From assembly GCA_020632475.1 (NCBI GenBank), contig JACKFM010000001.1:272125-336124 (forward strand): 64,000 nt of DNA, written 5' to 3'. Position 1 is the stretch's first letter; the number at the start of each line of letters is the position of its first letter. A program made the position numbers and the translations under genes. This document shows positions 9,107 to 19,200 of the stretch, one piece after another. Source of the stretch: Candidatus Omnitrophota bacterium (GTDB lineage Bacteria > Omnitrophota > Omnitrophia > Omnitrophales > Aquincolibacteriaceae). Under the pieces are notes generated by a model. It was given only the letters and a program-made list of their open reading frames with translations, had not been told where the DNA came from and did no database searches.

Positions 9107-10018
9107 ATGAAAATTATTTTGACCGGAGGAACGGGTTTTATCGGTAGACCGCTGGTGAATCAATTGGTGGCTAAAGGGTACTCCGTGGTTCTTTTAACGC
9201 GTAACCCTTCGGGAATCAAAGAAACCAAAGGAGCTGTAGAGGCGCATTATTGGGATGGCCGATCAAACGGTCCCTGGGCTGCGGCTTTGGAAGGTGCGGA
9301 CGCGGTGATTAATTTGGCCGGAGAGCCGATTGCAGCCAAACGCTGGACATTAAAACAGAAGGAAAGAATTATTTCAAGCCGCGTGGACGCTGCGTATGCT
9401 ATTGTAAACGCCATTCGTTCCTGCGAGCACAAGCCCAAGGTTTTAATTAACGCCTCGGCGGTAGGATATTATGGCAATGTGGATGACGGTGACATTGATG
9501 AAAGTCATGATCGAGGGAAAGGTTTTTTGGCTCAAACATGTGATTTGTGGGAACAGGCAGCCGCGCAGGCTGAAAGTATGGGCATCCGCACGGTTTATTT
9601 GCGGATTGGTGTTGTGCTTGAGCGGGGAGGCGGTGCAATCGAAAAAATGATTCTGCCGTTTCGATTGTTTGCCGGAGGACCTCTCGGCAGCGGAAAACAA
9701 TGGTTTCCCTGGATTCACCGGGATGATATGATTGGGATTGTTTTATACAGTCTTGAGAATACCTCTGTCCGCGGACCGGTGAATGCGACGGCCCCCGGCC
9801 CCGTGACGATGAAAGGTTTTTGCAGCGCGCTCGGAAAAGTGATGAGAAGACCTTCTTGGGCGCCGGTTCCGGGTTTTATTTTGCGGTTGATGTTGGGAGA
9901 AATGTCTGAAATGCTTTTGGATGGACAAAAAGTGATCCCTGAAAAAATAACAAAAGCCGGTTATCAATTTAAATATCCGGACATCCGCTCAGCTTTGAAA
10001 GTTATTTTCAAAGGTTGA
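9107..10018 (+). CDS. TIGR01777/SDR39U1 family NAD-dependent epimerase-like protein (YfcH-like, C-terminal DUF1731)
   Basis: MKIILTGGTGFIGRPLV Rossmann motif. About 300 aa, typical of the YfcH family. AGGTAGAGG RBS upstream of the ATG at 9107; the track start at 9101 is GTG. Confidence 0.8.
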   Translation: MKIILTGGTGFIGRPLVNQLVAKGYSVVLLTRNPSGIKETKGAVEAHYWDGRSNGPWAAALEGADAVINLAGEPIAAKRWTLKQKERIISSRVDAAYAIVNAIRSCEHKPKVLINASAVGYYGNVDDGDIDESHDRGKGFLAQTCDLWEQAAAQAESMGIRTVYLRIGVVLERGGGAIEKMILPFRLFAGGPLGSGKQWFPWIHRDDMIGIVLYSLENTSVRGPVNATAPGPVTMKGFCSALGKVMRRPSWAPVPGFILRLMLGEMSEMLLDGQKVIPEKITKAGYQFKYPDIRSALKVIFKG

Positions 10019-10074
10019 AAAGAGAATAGAGAGAATTCATGGCCCGAAAAGTGAGTGCATTCCAATTGTCGATA

Positions 10075-10133
10075 GACCACAGTCCATAGCAAAAGCAACT
10101 GAGTCAATGGACTATGGACTATTGGCTGTGGAC
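10075..10133. repeat. imperfect palindrome built on the cagtccatag / ctatggact unit
   Basis: agtccatag (10081-10089) pairs with ctatggact (10112-10120), and ccacag pairs with ctgtgg. The same 10-mer cagtccatag occurs at 3714-3723, and tggactctag recurs inside giant ORF 1 (about 22840-22850). Confidence 0.4.
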
Positions 10134-10202
10134 TCTAGACGATATGTTAAAGTGTCCGCCAATGTGATAAAACCCTGATAGAAAGGAAATTTGCTAAAAA
10201 TT

Positions 10203-10721
10203 ATGGATACAATCATCGTATTAGCTATGCACGGTATGACCCCGAATGATTTTCCGCCGGATGAAAAACGTGAACTGTTTAAATTGCGAGTTCAGCTTGG
10301 CGACGGACCTTTTGAAGGGGAGAAGACACCTCAGCAAAAGCGGCTTGAAGAATTGGATGCTAAAATGCGTCAATGGCCGAGAACTGAAATGAATGATCCG
10401 TATGACGCCGCGGCCAAACGGCTTGCCGTGGAGTTGAAAAAACAGGCATCTTTGGAAGTGCTGGTGGGATATAATGAATTTTGCTCGCCAAACCTTTGCG
10501 AGGTTTTTGATGTCGCGGCCAGAATTGCAGGAATTAAAAAAGTGATCGTGATTACCCCGATGGTGACCCGGGGAGGCAATCATTCAGAAGAAGATATCCC
10601 CACTTTAGTTGAGGCGGCTCAGCTGAAACATCCTCACGTCCGTTTTGTTTATGCCTGGCCTTTTGCGGATACGGACATTGCCCAATTTCTGAATATTCAG
10701 GTTCAAAAATTTCAGAAGTGA
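10203..10721 (+). CDS. CbiX/SirB-like small chelatase-family protein
   Basis: The N-terminal half IIVLAMHGMTP and C-terminal half VIVITPMVTRGGNHSEEDIP resemble the duplicated CbiX motifs (HGS.. / ..G.H..EDIP). The start could instead be TTG at 10191. Confidence 0.5.
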   Translation: MDTIIVLAMHGMTPNDFPPDEKRELFKLRVQLGDGPFEGEKTPQQKRLEELDAKMRQWPRTEMNDPYDAAAKRLAVELKKQASLEVLVGYNEFCSPNLCEVFDVAARIAGIKKVIVITPMVTRGGNHSEEDIPTLVEAAQLKHPHVRFVYAWPFADTDIAQFLNIQVQKFQK

Positions 10722-10946
10722 GTATTCCCATACGATTTTACGGCCCAGACGGATATCTCGATCTCCTTAAATGCACAACTCATTTATGCTGAATAGGTTA
10801 AAGCTATTTTAGATTCTCTCACGGTAAATGAAACCTGCCTTATGGCCGATCTATAAAGGTTAGGTCTGTGCCTTTTAATTCATCTGAATATCATATAAAC
10901 TTTGTAATAATCATAAGTTAAAGCACGAATAACTGTTTTTCAGCCT

Positions 10947-12575
10947 ATGCGCCATAAAAATATTCATGCCTTATTAATAGAAGACAGTCCTGTTGACGCC
11001 AAAGTGATCAAAAACCAACTTGCTCAACAGGGGTCGCTGGTCGTGGATTTAAGCTGCCGAGAATCTATTGCTGAGGGACTCAAACGTCTTGCCAACCAGG
11101 ATATTGATGTTATTCTGCTCGATTTAAATCTCCCCGACGGACAAGGATTAGATAGCTTTGTCAAGATCCATGAACGCGCCGAAGATGTGCCGGTGATTGT
11201 TTTGACCAGTATGGATGATGAAGAAACCGGGCTGGATGCTCTGAAAATGGGAGCTCAGGATTTTTTGATTAAAGGCAGTTTCGATTATCATTTCTTATTT
11301 AAAACAATCCGTTACGCCCTGGAGCGGAGTGAGCTGCGTAGAAAAATTGAACAGATGTCTGAGATTGATCCTCTGACGTCGTTGATGAACCGCCGTGGAC
11401 TGCAGCGGGTTTTGGACCGCGAAGTTGCGTGGATTCGCCGGGGATTTGAAACCGTGTCGGTGCTGGTAGACCTTGATGATTTTAAGCGTATTAATGACGG
11501 ATACGGCCATTCTTCGGGGGATATGGTGCTCAAAGAAGTGGCTTCGCGTCTGCGGAGTGTATTACGCTCGACTGATTATATCGCCCGTATCGGCGGAGAT
11601 GAATTTATGGTGTTTTTGCCGCAAACCCGGTTGGCAGAGGCCCGTTTGGTGGCCGAAAAACTGAGGCAGGTTCTGGTATCCAATGAGATCTCATTTTTAA
11701 AAAGCAGTCTCAAAGTGACGGCAAGTATGGGGGTTTCTGCCGTGACGCGTGAGACGGCCACCATTGATGATTTATTAGTGATTACCCACCATGCCCTCGC
11801 TGCCAGCAAACGCACGGGGAAAAACCGGGTCATTGTCAGTTCCGGTGCTGATTATGAGGTTGAGGAAGGCTATGAATTAAGCGACGTGATTGAAATGATG
11901 AAACATCAGGAATCCTACCGGACGGTCAAACAGCCGATTGTCGCTCTGCCTGATCGTAAAGTCATTGCCTATGAAATATTGAGCCGATTTTGTATGGACG
12001 TTTTTAAGGAGCCGGTTGATTTTTTGCGGATGGCACACGAACATGAAATGCTTCACCAGGTTGACAAGCTTTGCCTTCAGAACGGACTTGAGGCCATGCG
12101 GAATTTTCCCAAAGGACTTCGCTATCATTTAAATCTTTTTCCGGAGACCCTGAGACTTATGGACGTGGCTGCATTTATTCAGGAACATGTCGAGGGATTG
12201 TCTGAAGGGCAGTCCATTTGCATTGAATTGAGTGAACAGCAGATTATCGGGGAGCCGGGTAATCTGGTAGAAAAAGTTCAAGCTCTTAAAGCTTCGGGAA
12301 TTTGTGTGGCGATGGATGAAGTGGGCTTTGGACAAAGCAGTCTGGAGAGCCTGATAGTCCTGGAACCGGATATTGTAAAGCTGGGCCGAAAATGTGTGAT
12401 GGGGATTGCCGCTGATGAAGGTAAGCGGCGTACATTAGCACGACTTTTAAAGGTTTTAAAAGGCATCGGCAGCGAAATCATTGCCCTGGGCATTGAAACC
12501 CCCGAAGACCTGGAGATCATCTGCGATTTTGGTATTTCTTATGCACAGGGATTTCTTCTCGGAAAACCGGAATAG
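10947..12575 (+). CDS. response regulator with receiver, GGDEF and EAL domains (c-di-GMP turnover)
   Basis: REC domain (LLIEDSPVD...ILLDLNLPDGQG). GGDEF domain (VLVDLDDFKRINDGYGHSSGD...RIGGDEFMVFL). EAL domain (YEILSRF...MDEVGFGQSSL). Confidence 0.85.
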   Translation: MRHKNIHALLIEDSPVDAKVIKNQLAQQGSLVVDLSCRESIAEGLKRLANQDIDVILLDLNLPDGQGLDSFVKIHERAEDVPVIVLTSMDDEETGLDALKMGAQDFLIKGSFDYHFLFKTIRYALERSELRRKIEQMSEIDPLTSLMNRRGLQRVLDREVAWIRRGFETVSVLVDLDDFKRINDGYGHSSGDMVLKEVASRLRSVLRSTDYIARIGGDEFMVFLPQTRLAEARLVAEKLRQVLVSNEISFLKSSLKVTASMGVSAVTRETATIDDLLVITHHALAASKRTGKNRVIVSSGADYEVEEGYELSDVIEMMKHQESYRTVKQPIVALPDRKVIAYEILSRFCMDVFKEPVDFLRMAHEHEMLHQVDKLCLQNGLEAMRNFPKGLRYHLNLFPETLRLMDVAAFIQEHVEGLSEGQSICIELSEQQIIGEPGNLVEKVQALKASGICVAMDEVGFGQSSLESLIVLEPDIVKLGRKCVMGIAADEGKRRTLARLLKVLKGIGSEIIALGIETPEDLEIICDFGISYAQGFLLGKPE

Positions 12576-12607
12576 TATAAGTGATCTCAGCCGCTCTTCG
12601 TTCTATC

Positions 12608-12658
12608 GTCTGCTTGCCCGCTAGAGTTTAGATGCAGGCGGGTGGCCTGTGGCAGACG
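12608..12658 (+). terminator. stem-loop downstream of the REC-GGDEF-EAL gene
   Basis: cgtctgc...gcagacg outer stem with inner gcccgc/gcgggt pairing, 33 nt after the stop. No clear U-tract. Confidence 0.3.
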
Positions 12659-13225
12659 AGTTCAAATAGAGCACATTCTAACATTTACCTGCATTTTTAA
12701 ACATCCGCTGATGACTTTTTTACCCCCATTTGTATTCTCAAAACCCGCCGTGTACCTTTTGATATCTTTCATTTCTGATTGGGGTTAAGGCTCAATACGG
12801 TAAGAATTTTTCGCACCGTTTTTTACCGCATTTTCATGCGGCTAAAAAATCGAGCCGTTCAAAAATGATTTTTTATGATCCGGAATTAAAAATCGTTCAG
12901 GGAAGAATTATTTTTTAAAAAGGCACGCACGGAGTGTCTTTTTTTAAAGGGACTTTTTTAATTCTTTTAGAGAATTTTTCAATACTCGGATTAAAAGGTT
13001 CTGTTGAAAGCCTTATGAGAAGAGTGACGAGGGTAAAGAAAATGTTATGTGGAAACAATTAGCGCCGTCTATGAGCGAAGGAGATCACCTCGCCGCATAG
13101 GTGGGGAAGCTCCTAAGCGATTGGCGCATTTCACAATAACATTTTCTTTATCATCTTAAATATCTAATCAGATTAGGGGTTTTAACAAAACCAAATCAAA
13201 AGAATACAGGGTTGCTTTTTATCCA

Positions 13226-16200
13226 ATGCTTATGCAAAAAACAAAAAAACAATATCTGAAAATCATCGCGGTGTTAACAGCCGTTGTCTTTACATTGACA
13301 TCGCTTGAACTGCAGCCTTTGGCTCGAGCGATGCAGGTGGCTCCGGCGGCTGTTTCAGGTGAGATCTCCCCTCATTCTGTGTTTGAATTAAACCTTCCAC
13401 CGGAACTTGGCGTGATTCAAAACCTCATCAGCGGAGACCGTGGGGCCATTGTCCATTTACAGGCAGCGCATGGCAATTATGACGCACAGAAAAAAATTGA
13501 AAATATCCTGCACTATCTCAAAGATCAATACGGGATGAATCTTTTATTGGTTGAAGGAAGTGCGTTTAAACTTCGGCCTGAGAGAATTCGCTTTTTCCCC
13601 AAACAGATGAATTTGAATAGGGAGATTCTTGAGGGGTTAGCGCACAAGGCCCTGGTGAAGGGCGCCGAGCTTTTTCTGGCGGAGGATAAAGGAGCCGAAG
13701 CCTACGGGATTGAAAATCTTGAGACCTATAAAGCCGATGCCGAGGCCTTCCGGTCTGTTATGGAACACCGTGAACAAATCGAGAATTTCCTGAAACGTCT
13801 GCATCAGGACATTGAGGCACTTAAAGCGCAAACGCTCAACCCGGTTTTGAAAAATTTTTTACGTGAGGCCGAACGCTATTTTCAAAATACGACACTGCTT
13901 GGCGACCGGATTCATTGGCTGGCCGCTCAATCTAAAGATCAGCTGGAAATAGACTTTTCAAATGTGATTTACCAGATGGATTGGCCGATGCTTGTGCGTT
14001 ACTTCGCTTTAAAGACAGTTGAGGGAAAACTGGACTCAACTGCGTTTGAAAAAGAACGCGATGCGTTCCTGGCAGTATTGGTCGGGGACAGGGCCGAAGC
14101 CCTGCCTGCCGGACAGGCGGGCCTGTCCCCGTTGGTCACAAAACGAGTCACGACTCTGCTTACTGAACCTATATCCGAAAACCAACTGCCTGACCCCGAA
14201 ACCGGCCTTCTTTTTGAAAAAATGGCCGAAGCGCTGCCGTTGAATTTTGATTATGACGCTTATCCGAATGTGAAACTTTTTATCGGGCATTTGATTCTGC
14301 AAAGTGAGATCAAAGCCGCTCCTTTATATGCTGAAATCGACCGTCTTGAAAATCAAATTTTAGAGAAACTGATCCGTACCCCCGCTGAGCGTGAAGTTGT
14401 TGAGAAGATCAAACAGGCCAGACTGCTTGAAAAGCTTTTGCATCTTGAATTAATGCCTGAGGAATGGAAAAAACTGCAGACCGCAGACTTGGCGACGGGG
14501 AGAAAAGAGACGGGGCGACAGGGTGAAGGGGTGACGGGGAGTGAGTCTGTCATTCCAGCGGAAGCCGCGCCATCCGGCGGACAAGCAGGAATCCATAGTA
14601 CAACCGAGCCTTCGGCCTTCGACCTTCTGCCTTCCCTCTCTGCTGAGCGGCCGTCCGTTCAGTCCTCCCGCCACACAGAAGGCGGGCAGGCAGCCCTCAG
14701 CCCTCAGTCCTTTGATATCCCCGAAGACATGCAGACGATTTATCAAAACGCGTTGGAGTTTTACCGCCTGGCCGAAAAACGTGATGAAGCGATGCTTGAA
14801 AACATTGAGGCTAAGCTGGCTGAGACCGGAAAGAATAAAGCCGTCGTGATCACCGGAGGTTTTCACTCGCAGGCTTTTTTTGAGCATTTTCGTGAAAATG
14901 GATACAGCTACGCTTTGGTCTCACCCGAGATAAAAGAACTCAGCGGCCGTGAAGCGTATGTCGAGAGTATGCTGAAAAATTCGTCGGCCCACAGGCGACA
15001 AACCGCAGACGACGGACTTGCGACAGAGATTGCTTCGCCTACGGCTCGCAATGACGGTAGTCTAAGTATCATTCCTGCGCAAGCAGGAATCCACAGTACA
15101 ACCGAGACCTCTCGGCCCTCAGCCCTCAGCCCTCAGTCCTCTTTAGAGTCACTTTTCCTCGCCCTCTCGCGTCAGGAAATTGAACAATCCGGCGGCAACA
15201 CACGCTGGCTTTTTCAGCAGGTGCGTAATGAAATTAGAAATGTGCTTAAACGTCACGATTTGAAGGCTCTTGATCTGAAATCTGAGTTGAGGACGGATGC
15301 AACGGATGAATCCGCATCTGCAGCTGCTGCAGATACAGAGATGTTTGCGCCTGAAATTACATGGATCCGTCAAGCTTCAGGTGAACAGGGCGATCAGCCT
15401 TATCTGATTCGTCTAAGGCTTGAACAAAGCAAAGCTCTTTCGGGGGGTACCGGTTTTCAGAACCGTTACCTTGTTGAGGTGGCGGCGCTTGACCAAATGA
15501 TGGATATTGATACGGTTCAAAATAACCCTCGCCTTTATGCCGGAAGTATTTCCTTGACTTTTGACTGGCAGGGAAAGCTGATTAAGAACGAGCAGTTTAA
15601 TTTAATTTTTTTGATCGGAATCGACCTTATTTTTAACGAGATTTTGAAAAAAGATATTCAGCCTTTCATTTTGCAGAAACTCGAAAGCCTGACCGGAAAA
15701 GCTTTTAATGAGACCAATGCCGAACTGATTGATGGTGCGGCATCGTTTGATGATGTTTTGAGACATGACCGGCGCTTGTCGCCTGAGCGTGACTATAACG
15801 CATTAACCCCGGGACAATTCAGGAATACTTTTTATGCCGGTTATGAGAGCGGCCGTATTCAGCATGAGTCCATGTATGAGCAATGGAAAGCTACGGGTGG
15901 AACTGAAGGGGAAGATAAATTTCATATCGGTGGAATGATCATCCTGAGAAAAATAAATGGTAAATGGTCTTTTCTGCTCGGTCGCCGAAATAAAACCGGC
16001 AAACCTTTCTACCGTGACTATACCATTCCTGTCGGCAAGAAAGAATCCCGGATTGGCCTGGGCCTGGAATTTGACCGGTTTTTTAACCAGCGCAAGCTTG
16101 AAAAATTGAAAACGATAGGTCTTACGCTGCATGACGGTGAGATCATGGATCCCGTCGAGTTTATTGCTGAGGCCGCGTTGCGTGAAACGATTGAAGAAAC

Positions 16201-19200
16201 CGGAGCAAAACACGATCCTCTTTACGGCCCTACGGTCTCTGATTTCGTAGCCCGGCTTAATGACTTTGAAGGCTACGATCCCAGAGTTCTAATCAGTCTT
16301 TTTGTTTATATTGATGAAAATGATTCCCCGGATGTAAACGAAACGGAGGAGTTGGTGGATTACCGGTGGGTTCCATTGGATGTGATCCTGATATCCGGGG
16401 ATCCCGGTGAGGCGGTTCAAGAATTTCTCGGTCCCGGAGAGCATCTTATCAGGGAATTTAGAGAAACAGGCCTGTTGCATTTTCAAAAGATTTTGCGCGA
16501 TGCGCTTACTCCGTGGACCAAGTTTCCCTCTAAAACAGAATTACGTATAGAACCCGGCTTGAATCTTAAAAGTGAACTCAGGTCCGGCGAAGAATTCTTG
16601 GCGGCGCATCAAGAGACCGTCGGGACTTATAGCGGGCAGTCCATTCTCTTAATCGGAAGTATGAATGACGGCGACTTAGCACGCTCAATTGCCGAGGCAC
16701 TGATTGCCGGATATGAGAACTTTACGCTACGTCTTTTTGATCCCGATGACGGACAAGTGGTTCAGGAATTTGGGACATCACTGCGCCAGGGTTTAAAACA
16801 GGGGGTTACGGTTACAGCCACCCGTGAGGTTAACGAAGCGCTTAAAAAATTCGCAACGCAACAAGCGACGATTATTATCAATGTCAGTCCGCATGAAAAA
16901 CCGTTTGACGGTTTTGAAAATGTTCCCGAAAGTGTACATGTTTTAAAGGCTACAGTCACGAGCGACGGCAGTGCAACTCAGGATGTTGAGCAACCGTCCC
17001 CTCAGCCCTCAGTCCTCAGTCCCCAGTCCTCTGCTTTAACTGAGCCCTCTCAATCCTTTATGGCCAAATCAGCTTTTGAAAGGAAATTGGAGGCTTTAGC
17101 TGAGCCCGGGTCGGTTACTGAGCGGAACGATGATGGATGGAAAGAGATCGCTGTCTGGTTTTCTTCCTATATGATTGAAGAAATACCCGATGAAGAACTT
17201 TCTGATCTGGATAAAGAAGCCCGTGAAATTTTTATGCGGAGCCTGACAGTAAGCGGCGCCTATAAGGATAACCGTCCCAAAGCAATCACGGCATTTACAA
17301 ATTTAAAAAAATCCCCTCAAGGAATTAAACAATTTAAAGATTTATTTGCCGTTCATATTGCCCACATCAATCATATCATCAAGGCATTGCGTGAAGAGCG
17401 TATTGAAGAACAGGGAGAGATTCCTAAGGCCGGTGCTTCGGATGAGGAAAGACAGCGGCATGATTATAAACAACTTATACGATCCGATGAAAAGAGTGTG
17501 CAGTATGAATTTATACCGAACTTTTTTTCAGCAGGGATGGCCGATGATGGGGAAGATCCCCGAAATGCTGAATCAAGGTTCATTCTCAACCCTTTTTATT
17601 TTTATCGTGAGTCAGGACTGCATGGGGTCACTGATCCCAGTGTGACAGCTGCGCTGCTAATTGATCGTGACAATCCGGTGCGGAGCATTCGTGTGATCGA
17701 AAGTGAAGGACATCGGTCCTTGCTTTTGGAATTCGAGTCGGATCAGACATTGCTTACCCCCTACGGAAAAAAGAAGAGCAGCTATCCCATACCCGGAGGG
17801 TATCTGCGGATGTTTGTTCTGAAGCAAAACGAGGTTGATGATTCCGGCTGGGAGGCGTTCGGAAAAAATATTGAACAGGACCTTGGAACATACACTTTTG
17901 GCGAAGATGAAGATGTTCCGGCGAAAAAACAAAAGCTGGAAGCCTTGTTTGAAAAAGTGACTGCCGGACAAGTTTTGGTTCAGGATCTCTACACACAAAC
18001 GACTCCGCAATTAATTCGCAACTTTTCAGATTACATGGGGCGTAGTGCGGATGAAGCAAATGCGATTTATTTTCACCATTGGGCAATTTATGAGGGGAGA
18101 AAAAAAGATAATCCCGAGAGTGTGACGCCGGTTGCAATTGACCGTGATTTTCTTGAAGAGCATTTTCAGGCCTGGAAAGAAAATAAACCGGTTCCGGATA
18201 TCCCCCTCAGGGCTGTTACCGGAGAGGGGATGGAAACGGTCACGGAACATGAGAGATGGATTGAAGAAATACTTGATCCTGAAAACGGGTGGAATCAGTT
18301 TGAATGGCTTCAGGCGCTTGATGCTGTCTTGCAGTCTCATCTGCCGGAGGTATGGGAGAGTACTATTGCGAGTGGGCCAGGAACGATGCAGTTGGCTGAA
18401 AGCGAATTTCAGACAGGCGGAGGGGCGGAGGATGCCGGTGAGCCGCTTTTGGGAACAAGTTCGTCTATGCTTCCCGGTTTTGAAACCCCGGGGCTCTTTC
18501 AACCGGATGAGCCAAGGAATTTTCTTCTCGCCGAATCATCTAAAGTATGGGAGTTGAACGAATACGAGCGAAAGGTTGTGGCTGAAGTCACGGCTGAAAA
18601 CAAGGAAGCTCTTCGAGATATTAAAAATCGCTTAAATTATAAGATAGCGGAACCTGAAGAGGTTCAGATTTATCTGCGCGCTTATGCGGCAACTTTAAAT
18701 CGCAAATTGAAATCTTATCGACTTGATGCCGAACAAGGTTTGCCGGGCACAGTCGAAGACAATGAAGCTATTTTGGACAGGCCTCTTGAAGAGTCGATAG
18801 AGGCTTATCGGGATGGGATTCGGCATCTTGAAAGACGCCAGGAGTTCGGCACCTGGCTGCATCTTGCTTCCGGCGGACTTGTTGTATCCGGCTCGGAAAC
18901 TGATTCCCGCGCCGCCTTTAATCCGGCCATTTTACTTGCTTTACGAAGAGCAGGCTTTGTGCCGGGGTACCCGGTTCGTGACTTTAATGCGCAGGATTAT
19001 CTTTCAGAACATAAAGAGGCTTTGGATGTCCATCAAAATAAAAATATTTTGATAGTAGGCTTGTCTTCCAAAGAAAGCGAAAAGCTGAGTATCGCTTTGG
19101 CCGAACAATTCGAAACGGAAGGAATCACGATTACACTGGTTGATGAAGCCACAACTCCTGCCGAGGCAAAAGATCATGAAAAAGCCTTTAGAGAGTCTTA

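Noticed and set aside
13400-14950. Assigning the shared giant-protein N-terminal domain to the TraB/GumN/ChaN-type fold on the basis of the GGFH block
   Set aside because: The resemblance rests on a four-residue motif and rough length only. It needs a profile or structure search and was not put in the feature call.
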